Under the pieces are notes generated by a model. It was given only the letters and a program-made list of their open reading frames with translations, was not told the DNA's origin and searched no databases. The translations under genes were made by a program, and so were the position numbers. From NCBI GenBank assembly GCA_017479985.1, contig JAFVBL010000031.1, positions 1-58,554 of the forward strand: a stretch of DNA of 58,554 nt. The letters are read 5' to 3'. Positions 47,579 to 58,554 of the stretch are shown here, in pieces; the stretch's first letter is position 1, and the number at the start of each line of letters is the position of its first letter. The stretch is from Alphaproteobacteria bacterium. GTDB lineage: Bacteria; Pseudomonadota; Alphaproteobacteria; RF32; CAG-239.

Positions 47579-47936
47579 TTTTTGCCTTTTCCTCCGTTTG
47601 CGAGATATTTTCATTGTCGGATTTTTCAATGATGAATTTGCCTTTTTCTTTCCATATAATCGCGACTTTGGTTAAGAAAAACGTGCCGATATAAAGCAAT
47701 ATCACTGCCACGTTGCGATGTCCGATGAGCACCAGAACGCCGAAAAATAAAGCAATTCGGCATAATGCAGTCAGACCGAAAAGCCGGAATTTGTGGCTGG
47801 TTTCGCTCATTTTGTTGACTGTCCAACGCAAGCTGTAAAAATAGATAATACCGACAATAATACCGCAGATTGCCGCTGTGATAAGCCGCCAATTTTCTGC
47901 CTGTTGCCACATCAGTTCCAACGATCCGTTACTCAT
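47568..47936 (-). CDS. atpR: N-ATPase AtpR subunit
   Basis: Small membrane protein with YFYSLRWTV at the atpR position. Confidence 0.8.
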   Translation of the reverse strand: MSNGSLELMWQQAENWRLITAAICGIIVGIIYFYSLRWTVNKMSETSHKFRLFGLTALCRIALFFGVLVLIGHRNVAVILLYIGTFFLTKVAIIWKEKGKFIIEKSDNENISQTEEKAKNEL

Positions 47937-48277
47937 TTTTTTATCTCCTTATTCTTAATAACGTTCGATTTCGCCTCAAGTTCATCAATTTTTTTGTTTT
48001 CAATGTTTACCCACATATATGCGTTGAAGGCGCCCCAGACAAAGCCGACAAACAGCAGTGATAATCGCCACGAAAAGCGTTGCGGCAATACATCGTCCAA
48101 CCAGCCGCCGAGCCAAATTCCGAGCAGAATCGGCATAATAATCACACCGCCGAGGGAGGCAATCATTCCGAAATGAGTGCTCCATCGCCGATATGGACGC
48201 CGTTTGAGAAGTTCGGCCTTATGAATCAAATCATCGCGTACTTTGAGGTTTTGCGTCTTTTCAAATTCCACCATCAA
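47933..48277 (-). CDS. atpQ: N-ATPase AtpQ (AtpZ/AtpI-like)
   Basis: G..I..PILLGIWLGGWLD motif and operon position. Confidence 0.85.
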   Translation of the reverse strand: MMVEFEKTQNLKVRDDLIHKAELLKRRPYRRWSTHFGMIASLGGVIIMPILLGIWLGGWLDDVLPQRFSWRLSLLFVGFVWGAFNAYMWVNIENKKIDELEAKSNVIKNKEIKK

Positions 48278-48665
48278 AATCTCCTCTGTTCAGCTGTCCG
48301 AATCCGCGTATGATACCGAGTTCCAAACGTGCCATTGCACTGTTGATTTCTTTGCGTTGTTCATCATTTTGTTTAAATTCGCGTTCGATTACGTTTGTAA
48401 GCTCATCAAGTGTTTCGCCGGCAACGGCATTTTGCGCCGTGATTGTGACGGTATCGCCTTTTTTGACGACAATGCCGCGATGACACGCCACATATTTTTC
48501 CGCACCTGTTTCTGTGGTGTAACTGACAATATTTGCCTCCATTGCCGATGCGAAATCAACGTGTTTCGGCAACAGAGTGTAATAACCGTTTAAGGTCTCA
48601 AAATTTACCTTATTGATTTTGCATTTCAGCACTGTGCCGAGGGGTGTAAAAACCGTCAGTTTCAT
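48261..48665 (-). CDS. atpC: N-ATPase epsilon subunit
   Basis: MKLTVFTP and GYYTLLPKHVD. Confidence 0.9.
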   Translation of the reverse strand: MKLTVFTPLGTVLKCKINKVNFETLNGYYTLLPKHVDFASAMEANIVSYTTETGAEKYVACHRGIVVKKGDTVTITAQNAVAGETLDELTNVIEREFKQNDEQRKEINSAMARLELGIIRGFGQLNRGDFDGGI

Positions 48666-48668
48666 CTT

Positions 48669-50165
<1,497 letters not shown>

Positions 50166-50201
50166 TTAACTTTATCTTAAAGGAGAACAAAAATCGACAG
50201 T

Positions 50202-50678
50202 TCAGAAAAGTCCTAAAATTGCTTCGATAATCGGCTTATCGGCGGGAGCAAAGTCGTATTGCGGCAAATCTTTCGGGTTGACCCATTTATATTGTTCGTG
50301 TTCCAAAACAACCGGAATATCCTTACTCTTGCAGGTTGCCCAAAAAGAATGCAGAATAATGGTGCCGAAGTCATAATCGTATGCGGAATCCACAAAATGT
50401 TCGCGTACAAAAATTTCAAGCTGCATCTCTTCCATCAGTTCGCGTTTAAGGCATTCTTCCAGCGTTTCGCCGATTTCCAACTTGCCGCCCGGAAACTCCC
50501 ATTTATACTCAAGGCTTTTGCCGTGTTTACGCTGTGCAATCAATAACAGTCCGTCACACATAATCAATCCGGCTGCCACATCTCGCTTGGATTTTGGGGC
50601 AGAGATTGTGTTTTGCGCTTTTTTGAGTACAGGTTGGTTTTTTATCAGAATTTTTCCGTTTTTTGTTTTGATAATCAT
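50202..50678 (-). CDS. MutT/NudG-like Nudix hydrolase
   Basis: WEFPGGKLEIGETLEECLKRELMEE Nudix box. Confidence 0.93.
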   Translation of the reverse strand: MIIKTKNGKILIKNQPVLKKAQNTISAPKSKRDVAAGLIMCDGLLLIAQRKHGKSLEYKWEFPGGKLEIGETLEECLKRELMEEMQLEIFVREHFVDSAYDYDFGTIILHSFWATCKSKDIPVVLEHEQYKWVNPKDLPQYDFAPADKPIIEAILGLF

Positions 50679-50744
50679 TTTGTTTCCTTTGGATATATTA
50701 AAAAAGCCGCAATACAGCGGCTCAGAGTGTGAGAACCCGTTTTT

Positions 50745-50969
50745 TTAAGCGTCTTTATGACGGAAGGTGATGCGACCTTTGGTTAAGTCATAAGGTGTCA
50801 TTTCAATATCCACTTTATCACCGACCATAACACGAATACGGAATTTACGCATTTTGCCTGCTGTATGCGCCAAAATTTCGACACCGTTCTCCAGTTTGAC
50901 CCGAAACATTGCGTTCGGCAGTTTTTCAACCACTTCGCCGGTCAGTTCTATCAATTCTTCTTTACTCAT
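50745..50969 (-). CDS. infA: Translation initiation factor IF-1
   Basis: [13 protein letters not shown] and PYDLTKGRI. Confidence 0.98.
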   Translation of the reverse strand: MSKEELIELTGEVVEKLPNAMFRVKLENGVEILAHTAGKMRKFRIRVMVGDKVDIEMTPYDLTKGRITFRHKDA

Positions 50970-51066
50970 ACAAAAACCTCTGCAATATTAAACTTGCCTT
51001 TGGTATAATCGCATAAAATGCAATTTGCAAGCAATTTTTGAAACATTTGCGCAGAATCTGTTGTTT

Positions 51067-51807
51067 TTAATACATAACTTTGTTTAAATAAAGGCCGTAT
51101 GCCGGTGCACTGATGCCGGCCTTGGTCCGGTCGCACGCCTCTAAAATGCGTTTGACGTCTTCCGGCTTTAATTTGCCGCATCCGACCTGCATCAATGTGC
51201 CGACCATATTGCGTACCTGATGATAAATAAATGAGCGTGCTTCTACTGTAAACACAATTTCGTCGCCGGTGCGCTCAATATCAAGTCGGTCCAAAGTTTT
51301 CAGCGGCGATTTTGCTTGACACCCCGAACCGCGGAACGAGCTGAAATCGTGATGTCCGAGCAGGTATTGCGCACCCAGACGCATTTTTTCTACGTTGAGC
51401 GGATAAGTGACGTGCCAGACGCGATTGAGCAGAAGCGGACTGGCACCGCGTCGATTTAAAATCCGATAAATGTAACCGCGTCCTTTGGCTGAAAAACGTG
51501 CGTGAAAATCATCGTCGACTTTTTCGGTTTTAATTACGCTGACCGGAGCCTGAAGTTCGCGCAACAGTGCATTCAGGCTTTCTTGCATTTTGTATTCGCT
51601 TAAGTCAAGTTCAAGGTCAAAATGTGCAACCTGCCCGAGTGCGTGAACACCGGCATCGGTACGGCCGGCGGCAAATACTTCGGTGGTCTGATGCGAGAAA
51701 CCGACAATGGCGTTTTCAAGAAACTCTTGAACGCTTGCACCGTCTTTTTGTTTTTGCCAACCGACCAAATTTGTGCCGTCATATTCTACCGTGATTTTGT
51801 ATCGCAT
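51067..51807 (-). CDS. truA: tRNA pseudouridine(38-40) synthase
   Basis: EYDGT..GWQ, AGRTDAGVHA, FHARFSA and FIYHQVR. Start moved to ATG 51807. Confidence 0.97.
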   Translation of the reverse strand: MRYKITVEYDGTNLVGWQKQKDGASVQEFLENAIVGFSHQTTEVFAAGRTDAGVHALGQVAHFDLELDLSEYKMQESLNALLRELQAPVSVIKTEKVDDDFHARFSAKGRGYIYRILNRRGASPLLLNRVWHVTYPLNVEKMRLGAQYLLGHHDFSSFRGSGCQAKSPLKTLDRLDIERTGDEIVFTVEARSFIYHQVRNMVGTLMQVGCGKLKPEDVKRILEACDRTKAGISAPAYGLYLNKVMY

Positions 51808-51931
51808 ATTTCTTCCTTTTGTGTTTATGTGCCGATTATACACAAAGAGTTTTGCGCGTCAATAAAATAAAACATTTACTTTTACCGAAGCTGTCGTTAT
51901 ATTAAAAGAAATTTTTACAGGGAGAACAAAA

Positions 51932-53140
51932 ATGCATAATACACAGAATGTAACTTCTGATTTGGTTTGGCTCGGCGCTAATGACCGTCGTCTGGCTTTG
52001 TTTGAGAATGTTTATCCGATTCCGAACGGCATTTCTTATAATTCGTATTTGTTGCTTGATGAAAAGACAGTGCTTTTTGATACTGTCGATGCGGCCGTAC
52101 GCCAGCAATTTTTTGAAAATCTGCAATTTGCGCTGAACGGCCGCTCGCTTGATTATATCGTTATTCATCATATGGAGCCGGACCATTGTGCCGAATTGGC
52201 GGCACTTTTGCAACAGCACACGGAAACAACCGTTGTTTGTAATGTGCAGACAAAGAAAATGATTGAGCAGTTTTTTGATTTAAATCTGCCGACAGAAAAA
52301 TATTTGCCGATTAAAGAAGGCGATTCGCTCAACACCGGCAGACATACGCTGAACTTTGTTGCCGCACCGATGGTGCATTGGCCGGAAGTTATGATGACAT
52401 ACGATGCAACCGACAAGATTTTGTTTTCGGCGGACGCATTCGGAACTTTTGGTGCGCTTAACGGTAATATTTTTGCCGATGAAGTGCCGTTTGAAAGCAC
52501 TCATTTATATGAGGCACGTCGATATTATACCAATATTGTCGGAAAATACGGTCCGCAAGTTCAAAATGTGCTCAAAAAGGCCGGTGCACTTGATATTGCA
52601 ATGATTTGTCCGTTGCACGGTTTTGTTTGGCGCAAAGACTTAGATTTCATCATCGGAAAATATGCCAAATGGTCGGCATACGAACCGGAAGATAAAGAGG
52701 TTGTGATTGCGTATGGTTCAATTTACGGCAATACGGCCAATGCTGCCGAAATCTTGGCAACCAAACTGGCAGAAAGAGGTGTGCGCAACGTGCGTGTGTA
52801 TGATGTTTCTGTCACACATCCGTCATATATTATCAGTGAAGCATTTCGCGTTTCGGCTCTGGTGTTTGCCGCACCGACTTATAACGCCGGCATTTTTGTT
52901 AATACGGATAATCTGTTGCGTGAACTGACAGCGCATAATTTACAAAATCGCACAATCGCTCTGATGGATAACGGTACGTGGGCGCCGCTGGCTGCCAAAC
53001 AAATGGCAGATGAAATTGCCAAGTGGAAAAATTGTACGGTTTTAGAACCGAAAGTGTCGCTGAAGTCGGCGCTTAAAAAAGAGCAAATTGCGGAGATTGA
53101 GGTGCTTGCCGATGCTTTGGTGCAAGCATTGCGGGGGTAA
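51932..53140 (+). CDS. fprA: FprA-family flavodiiron protein
   Basis: SYNSYL, HMEPDH, HWPE, FSADAFG and flavodoxin YGSIYGNT. Confidence 0.94.
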   Translation: MHNTQNVTSDLVWLGANDRRLALFENVYPIPNGISYNSYLLLDEKTVLFDTVDAAVRQQFFENLQFALNGRSLDYIVIHHMEPDHCAELAALLQQHTETTVVCNVQTKKMIEQFFDLNLPTEKYLPIKEGDSLNTGRHTLNFVAAPMVHWPEVMMTYDATDKILFSADAFGTFGALNGNIFADEVPFESTHLYEARRYYTNIVGKYGPQVQNVLKKAGALDIAMICPLHGFVWRKDLDFIIGKYAKWSAYEPEDKEVVIAYGSIYGNTANAAEILATKLAERGVRNVRVYDVSVTHPSYIISEAFRVSALVFAAPTYNAGIFVNTDNLLRELTAHNLQNRTIALMDNGTWAPLAAKQMADEIAKWKNCTVLEPKVSLKSALKKEQIAEIEVLADALVQALRG

Positions 53141-53216
53141 ATAGATAAATTAACGATTTACTAAACAAAAGAATATATGATATATTGTTGTATATACAAA
53201 CTTTAGGAGATTTTTG

Positions 53217-54029
53217 ATGAAAAAATATATTGCAGAATTGTTCGGAACATTTGTTCTGGTATTTGTCGGTTGCGGTACGGTTGTATTTTCCGCGCCGTAT
53301 CTTGATTATGTCGGAATTGCCTTGGCATTCGGCTTGGCTTTGACGGCAATGGCATATTGCGTCGGTCCGATTTCGGGCGCTCACGTAAATCCTGCCGTGA
53401 CACTCGGTGTGCTGACAGCCGGTCGGATGAGCCTGAAAGATGCTATCGGCTATATTATTTTCCAGTTTATCGGCGCAACGCTCGGCGCTGCCGTTTTATA
53501 TTATATGTTGAGCGGAAAAATTAACGGTTACAACATTGCCGTCGGCGGTTTGGGTCAAAACGGTTGGGGCGAAAATTACGGCGGCGGATATAATTTTGCG
53601 ACGGCTGCGATTTTTGAACTGATTGCGACATTTATTTTTGTTAAGGTAATTTTGAAAGTAACCGAAGGTGATTTGAAAATTGCCGGTGTCGTTATCGGCT
53701 TGACACTTGCCGTGTTACATATTTTGGGATTGGCAATCACGGGTGTTTCGGTTAATCCGGCGCGCAGCTTCGGTCCGGCTTTGTTTGTCGGCGGTCAGGC
53801 AATGGCACAATTATGGCTGTTCCTGATTGTTCCTTCGGTTGCCGGTATTTTGGCCGGTATTTGCTCTCGTTGCTGCTGTTGCGGTTGTTGCGGCGGTGCG
53901 TGCAAAACAGAAGAAAAAGCTCGTTTGGTAGAAACGCAAGCGGCTGAAAAACCATCCGGTCAGCACAGACGCGGTCCTGCTCATCGCGGTGGTCCGCGCA
54001 GAAGTCCGAGAACGCAAAACAGAGCTTAA
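53217..54029 (+). CDS. MIP-family aquaporin (AqpZ-like) with a Cys-rich tail
   Basis: AELFGT, SGAHVNPA and SVNPARS. Tail CSRCCCCGCCGGAC. Confidence 0.93.
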   Translation: MKKYIAELFGTFVLVFVGCGTVVFSAPYLDYVGIALAFGLALTAMAYCVGPISGAHVNPAVTLGVLTAGRMSLKDAIGYIIFQFIGATLGAAVLYYMLSGKINGYNIAVGGLGQNGWGENYGGGYNFATAAIFELIATFIFVKVILKVTEGDLKIAGVVIGLTLAVLHILGLAITGVSVNPARSFGPALFVGGQAMAQLWLFLIVPSVAGILAGICSRCCCCGCCGGACKTEEKARLVETQAAEKPSGQHRRGPAHRGGPRRSPRTQNRA

Positions 54030-54091
54030 TTCGGTTATAAAAAATTATTCTGTTGATTAAGGCAATTTTGTTAAACAGAACTTAAAAAATC

Positions 54092-54126
54092 AAAAGCACT
54101 CTATTTAGTGAATAGGGTGCTTTTTT
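54092..54126. terminator. Bidirectional terminator
   Basis: AAAAGCACTCTATT / AATAGGGTGCTTTT between convergent genes. Confidence 0.7.
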
Positions 54127-54159
54127 GTACTTTAATGTGTTACATATTTTCAAACGAGG

Positions 54160-55170
54160 CTATTTTGCACCGTGCGGCAGACGGCCGGCGTGCCCGCCGT
54201 AGCCCATACCGACTTTGCGCCCGATACTCATAATTTTGGCACCGATACAGGTTTTACAATGAAGCGGTGTGTCGTCTACGCAAATCTTTCCCGGATATAA
54301 CTCATAGAGTTTGCGATATTCACCTTCGGTCACATTCGGCATTACCACGTTGGCACCGCTTTGCAGAGCCAGAATTCGACCGCGCGGATGCAGACTTTCC
54401 ATCGCTGTTGTTGCCGGAATATTTATGTCCGGCAGCAACAAACGCATAACCGCCATCGTGCGCCGTGCCAAATCCAATGTTCCGCCGGCTTCATCTTTGA
54501 GCGGTGTCTGCGGGTGCGGAATAAATGGTCCGATGCCCGACATATCAACGCCGATTTCTTTTAAATAAATCAAATCGTCGGCAATCGATTCAATGGATTG
54601 ATTCGGTAATCCGACCATAATACCGGAGCCGAGTTCATAGCCGATTTCTTTAAGCGCCATCAGACATTCGTGCCGATTTTGCCACGTCATATTCGGGTCG
54701 AGCCGATGATATAAATCTTTGTCCGTTGTTTCAATGCGAATCAAATAGCGATCGGCACCGGCATCGAACCACGCTTTATAATCGCCATACGAACGTTCGC
54801 CGACCGAAAGAGTGATGGCGACATCAAATTTTTTGATTGCTTCGACAATGCGGCACAAACGGTCACGTGTAAACCACATATCTTCACCCGATTGCATTAC
54901 AATGGTCTTAAATCCCATTTCGGCTGCCTTGCGTGCGGTATCAACCAATTCTTCTTCGCTCATACGATAACGTGCAAGCTGTGGGTTTCCGCGGCGGATT
55001 CCGCAATACATACAGTTATTGCGGCAGATGTTTGAAAATTCGATTAAACCGCGCAAATGCACTTCGTCACCGACATACTCTCGGCGTACGGCATCAGCCT
55101 TCTTGAACAAATCGTTCTGATTTTGCTCATCAGACAATAATCGGATAATTTCTGCTCTTTCAAGTTCCAT
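54160..55170 (-). CDS. hydE: [FeFe]-hydrogenase H-cluster maturase HydE (radical SAM)
   Basis: LRGLIEFSNICRNNCMYC, QSGED, GIGPFIPH..TP, PATTA, GANVVMPN and YELYPGK. Confidence 0.9.
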   Translation of the reverse strand: MELERAEIIRLLSDEQNQNDLFKKADAVRREYVGDEVHLRGLIEFSNICRNNCMYCGIRRGNPQLARYRMSEEELVDTARKAAEMGFKTIVMQSGEDMWFTRDRLCRIVEAIKKFDVAITLSVGERSYGDYKAWFDAGADRYLIRIETTDKDLYHRLDPNMTWQNRHECLMALKEIGYELGSGIMVGLPNQSIESIADDLIYLKEIGVDMSGIGPFIPHPQTPLKDEAGGTLDLARRTMAVMRLLLPDINIPATTAMESLHPRGRILALQSGANVVMPNVTEGEYRKLYELYPGKICVDDTPLHCKTCIGAKIMSIGRKVGMGYGGHAGRLPHGAK

Positions 55171-55276
55171 AAGCAATAGCAATTAAAACGTTAAACCTAT
55201 TTAATAATTTTATAATTGTAAGCATAAAATTTTTAATTCGGGACTAATTTAACATATCAAAAAAATATTGTCAATC

Positions 55277-56293
55277 CTATGTATTGGCGCGCTTACCGTA
55301 CTCTATCAGCCGATGACGCACCAAGCCGCGCAAAGATACTTCCGGACGGGCACCGTAGTGGGTAATCACTTCCGCTGCCGTAATGCCGCCGATGGTGGCG
55401 CAAGTTCCTAAACTGCGGCCGTGCGATAAGCCGTAGAGGAAGCCTGCGGCGTATAAATCACCGGCACCGGTCGAATCGACCACATTTTCTATTTTTTCTG
55501 CTTCAACAAAGATTTTCTCGCGTCCGTGCACCACCACCGAACCGCGGCTGTCACGTGTGACGGCGGCAATATTGACAAGCGGTTTGATTGCATCAAGCGC
55601 CGTTGCCAAGTCGTCTGTTTCAAACAAAAGTTTGAGTTCTTCTTCATTGGCAAACAGAATGTCTACATATTCGGCAATCATTTTAAGCATCGGTGCACGG
55701 TGCTTTCTGATGCACGATTTGGCCGACACGCTGAAAGCAATTTCACGACCGTGTTTATGTGCCAGCTCGCAAGCCTTAAACATTGCTTTTTGCTCACTCG
55801 GTTCGTCCCACAAATAACCTTCCAAAAACAAAAATTTAGACTCACTTATTGTTTTTTCATCAATATCTTCTTCACTCAGTTTACGTGCCGCGCCGAGATA
55901 TGTAAACATTGAGCGTTCGGCATCGGGCGTTACCAATACCACACTGCGGCCGGTTGCCGGTCCTTCCGTCAACGGTTCGGTGAAAAAATCAATGCCGGCC
56001 ATTGCAATGTTGCGCTGAAAAAGTTGTCCGAGCTCATCATCGTGCACTTTGCCGATATAAGCGCAATCGGCACCGAGCGAAGCCATACCGGAAACGGTGT
56101 TTGCCGCCGCGCCGCCCGAAACTTGCAGTTCCGGAATAACATCGGCATAGATTTTGCCTGCGTCAAGTGCTTCCACCAATGTCATCGAGCCTTTATCCAA
56201 ACCGCGTTCGGTCAGAAATGTATCGCCGACTTTAGCTAACACATCGACGATTGCGTTGCCGATACCTACCACATCATAAACCGTTTCTGCCAT
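55277..56293 (-). CDS. PfkB-family adenosine/inosine kinase
   Basis: GIGNAIVD, GGAAANT, EGYLWD and DSTGAGDLY. Confidence 0.92.
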   Translation of the reverse strand: MAETVYDVVGIGNAIVDVLAKVGDTFLTERGLDKGSMTLVEALDAGKIYADVIPELQVSGGAAANTVSGMASLGADCAYIGKVHDDELGQLFQRNIAMAGIDFFTEPLTEGPATGRSVVLVTPDAERSMFTYLGAARKLSEEDIDEKTISESKFLFLEGYLWDEPSEQKAMFKACELAHKHGREIAFSVSAKSCIRKHRAPMLKMIAEYVDILFANEEELKLLFETDDLATALDAIKPLVNIAAVTRDSRGSVVVHGREKIFVEAEKIENVVDSTGAGDLYAAGFLYGLSHGRSLGTCATIGGITAAEVITHYGARPEVSLRGLVRHRLIEYGKRANT

Positions 56294-56303
56294 AGTTCCT
56301 CCT

Positions 56304-56822
56304 TTAAATATGTAAAATCACTCCGACTATTGCCGATGCCGCAATAAAATAAATCGGACTCTTTTTAATCAGTCGCATTGCTACCAGCAACCCGAGCATT
56401 ATGCCGAGTGATTTATAATCGGTTATCGTTTCTTGAGCTATACTCCATCCGGCAAATAAAATCAAGGCTAAAACCGCAGGTCGTAAACCTGACAGAATTT
56501 TGTTGATATTCGGATTATTCTGCCATTTGTTTAATGCTTGAGCAATAAAGTAAATAACAATCATCGACGGCAGAACTTCGCTCAGTGTTGCCGCCAACGC
56601 ACCGCATATACCGGCTGTTTTGTAACCGGCGTATGTTGCCATATTGATTCCGACCGGTCCGGGTGTGGACTGCGATACGGCAATCATATCCGCCAATTCG
56701 CCGGACGTAAACCAACCGTATTCTTCTGCTAAGTCAAACAAAAACGGTACCGTTACCAGACCGCCGCCGATGGCAAATAAACCGATTTTGAAAAATTCAT
56801 AAAAGAGTAGGGCGTATATCAT
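56304..56822 (-). CDS. chrA: Short-chain chromate transporter (second half)
   Basis: FFKIGLFAIGGG and SQSTPGP. Confidence 0.9.
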   Translation of the reverse strand: MIYALLFYEFFKIGLFAIGGGLVTVPFLFDLAEEYGWFTSGELADMIAVSQSTPGPVGINMATYAGYKTAGICGALAATLSEVLPSMIVIYFIAQALNKWQNNPNINKILSGLRPAVLALILFAGWSIAQETITDYKSLGIMLGLLVAMRLIKKSPIYFIAASAIVGVILHI

Positions 56823-57358
56823 TTTTGTGTTCTCCGCAAATCCGGAATAAATGCCGCAAGCGCCGCCAAAATCACAATTGTAATTGCCGACAGATTAAAG
56901 AGCCACAGCAAAAGGGCAGCGGCTGTAAAAACAATATATCCGCGAATTCCTTTAACGCCTTTTTGCCACATATCCCATACGGTATCGATGATTAAAGCAA
57001 TCACACCGATGCGAATGCCGCCAAACGCCCATTGTACATATTGATTGTCCATATATTGCCGCAAAAGCGCCGCCACCAGAACAATAATGATAAGCGATGG
57101 CGAAATAACGCCGAGGGTAGCACTGACCAGTCCGCTGAGTTTGTGCAGTTTATAGCCGATAAACGAAGCGGCATTTACGGCAATAATACCCGGAGTGCAT
57201 TGCCCGATGGAATAATAATTGAGCAACTCTTCTTCTGTCAGCCATTTTTGTTTTTCAACCGCTTCTTTTTTTAAAATGGGTAGCATTGCATAACCGCCGC
57301 CGAATGTAAATAATCCCATTTTGAAAAAAAGTGCGTATAATTTCCAAAGACTTATCAT
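56819..57358 (-). CDS. chrA: Short-chain chromate transporter (first half)
   Basis: FFKMGLFTFGGG and GQCTPG. Start moved to ATG 57358. Confidence 0.9.
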   Translation of the reverse strand: MISLWKLYALFFKMGLFTFGGGYAMLPILKKEAVEKQKWLTEEELLNYYSIGQCTPGIIAVNAASFIGYKLHKLSGLVSATLGVISPSLIIIVLVAALLRQYMDNQYVQWAFGGIRIGVIALIIDTVWDMWQKGVKGIRGYIVFTAAALLLWLFNLSAITIVILAALAAFIPDLRRTQK

Positions 57359-57730
57359 ATTTCTTTTCTTTGACGGAGCGTTTTTCTTATAAGCTTTTAT
57401 ATACATCTTTGCGATTGTTTTCAAGTTTTAATTTACAGGTTATTACCTTTGACCTTATATTTGTATATGTCGAAGCTGTGGTTATATCGGCGAACCTGTC
57501 TTCGGAATCCGGTTTTTATTAACAAACAGCCTTCTTAGCGATACTCCTATCAGTAAAATTTTTCGTTTTCCGGCTATTTATCTTTACTTTTCCGTGATTG
57601 CATTGATTCCTGCATTGCCCGAATGTGTATTTCTCCGATATAATCATTCCGTTGCCGAATGTTTAAAAAACTTGTATGTTTGGCGTGAGTGTGATAAGTT
57701 CAATAAAAAACTTAATTTAGGAAAATAACA

Positions 57731-58063
57731 ATGCAAAAAATATGGTATTGGATTAAGCGTATAATAATTCTTGCAGTGTTTTCACTTGTAATATCGTGGC
57801 TGACGGCATTTCTTTCTTTTACACTGTTCTGTCATTTTTATGACTTAAACGATATTTCAAATATTGAAATACTTAAAATGTTTGAACATAAAGAAGATTT
57901 GTTTTTTGATTGCTTTTGGAGTGATGCGTTCATTGCATTTTTGATAATGAATATTATGGGATTCCCTTTATTAAGAAGTTATAACTTTAAAACTGCTAAA
58001 TTTGCGGTTTTGAGCATCGTCAGTTACCTTTTGTTATTTTTGCTTTTGCTTTTTTTTGCATAA
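57731..58063 (+). CDS. Hypothetical membrane protein (AT-rich)
   Basis: 110 aa, three hydrophobic segments and an AGGA RBS. Confidence 0.6.
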   Translation: MQKIWYWIKRIIILAVFSLVISWLTAFLSFTLFCHFYDLNDISNIEILKMFEHKEDLFFDCFWSDAFIAFLIMNIMGFPLLRSYNFKTAKFAVLSIVSYLLLFLLLLFFA

Positions 58064-58166
58064 GGCTTGAGGCTTTCTTTCCTATATTTAACGATTAGCA
58101 GATATAGCACCTGCGTAGCACCGAAAAGATTTGGTGTAATTTAGGATAAAATATAGGTTTGAGAGA

Positions 58167-58553
58167 ATGAACTCGGTGGGATTGGCTTTGCCGCCCCACC
58201 GCTTCTGCTGTTGGTTCTACGTCAAAGGCAGGGGCAAAGAGTATAAGATTACGCAGGAACTGATGGAGTTGATGAATGAGAAAATGTGCAAATATAAGGA
58301 CTGTAAGCAGCGATTAGTGCCGAAGTTACTGAAGTTTATAGAATTATTAAAAGAATGTGGATTTGAATTATTCAGAAAATTAGGAAGAACGATGGAATAT
58401 TGGCAAGAGGAGATAGGAAGAATGTTTAGATTTACCAGAACAAATGGAATTACCGAGGGATTTCACAGGAAAATGAAGCTGATACAAAGGCGAGCGTATG
58501 GTTTTAGAAATTTTGAAAATTATCGCTTGCGTGTTAGAATTTTATGTGCTTAA
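58167..58553 (+). mobile_element. ISL3-family transposase C-terminal fragment
   Basis: W.EEI..MF...TNGITEGFHRKMKLIQRRAYGFRNFENYRLR is the ISL3 C-terminal signature. Only 128 codons are present, so the N-terminal part is missing. Confidence 0.85.
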
Positions 58554-58554
58554 A

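Overview
A 58.5-kb chromosomal segment. The gene order (miaB-phoH-ybeY-lnt, smr-mltA-tim44/secB, topA-dprA-plsY, pyrH-frr-uppS-cdsA-rseP-bamA-lpxD-fabZ) points to an alphaproteobacterium. fprA, hydE and an N-type ATPase suggest an anaerobic, probably gut-associated lineage (inference). The window starts in the 3' end of an IS1-family transposase and ends in an ISL3-family transposase, so it is probably a contig broken at IS copies. Most of it is housekeeping, plus a TerY-P (vWA/PP2C/kinase) triad and a complete N-ATPase operon. The standout is a dispersed ~450-bp cassette: sigma70 promoter, ~180-nt highly structured leader RNA, and a small Xre-like HTH gene. It occurs three times (6702-7159 +, 19768-20219 +, 23981-24437 -). 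A fourth locus (28538-29106 +) has unrelated sequence but the same RNA architecture. Each leader holds a cloverleaf whose exposed 3' segment is complementary to an upstream hairpin and to the downstream ribosome-binding site (the upstream match is degraded in copy 3), and whose closing stem competes with an intrinsic terminator. This resembles the phage P1 C4 / P4 CI antisense RNAs, but here it is scattered between housekeeping genes with no prophage or transposase nearby. No rRNA, tRNA or CRISPR array was seen. All folds and alignments were done by eye.
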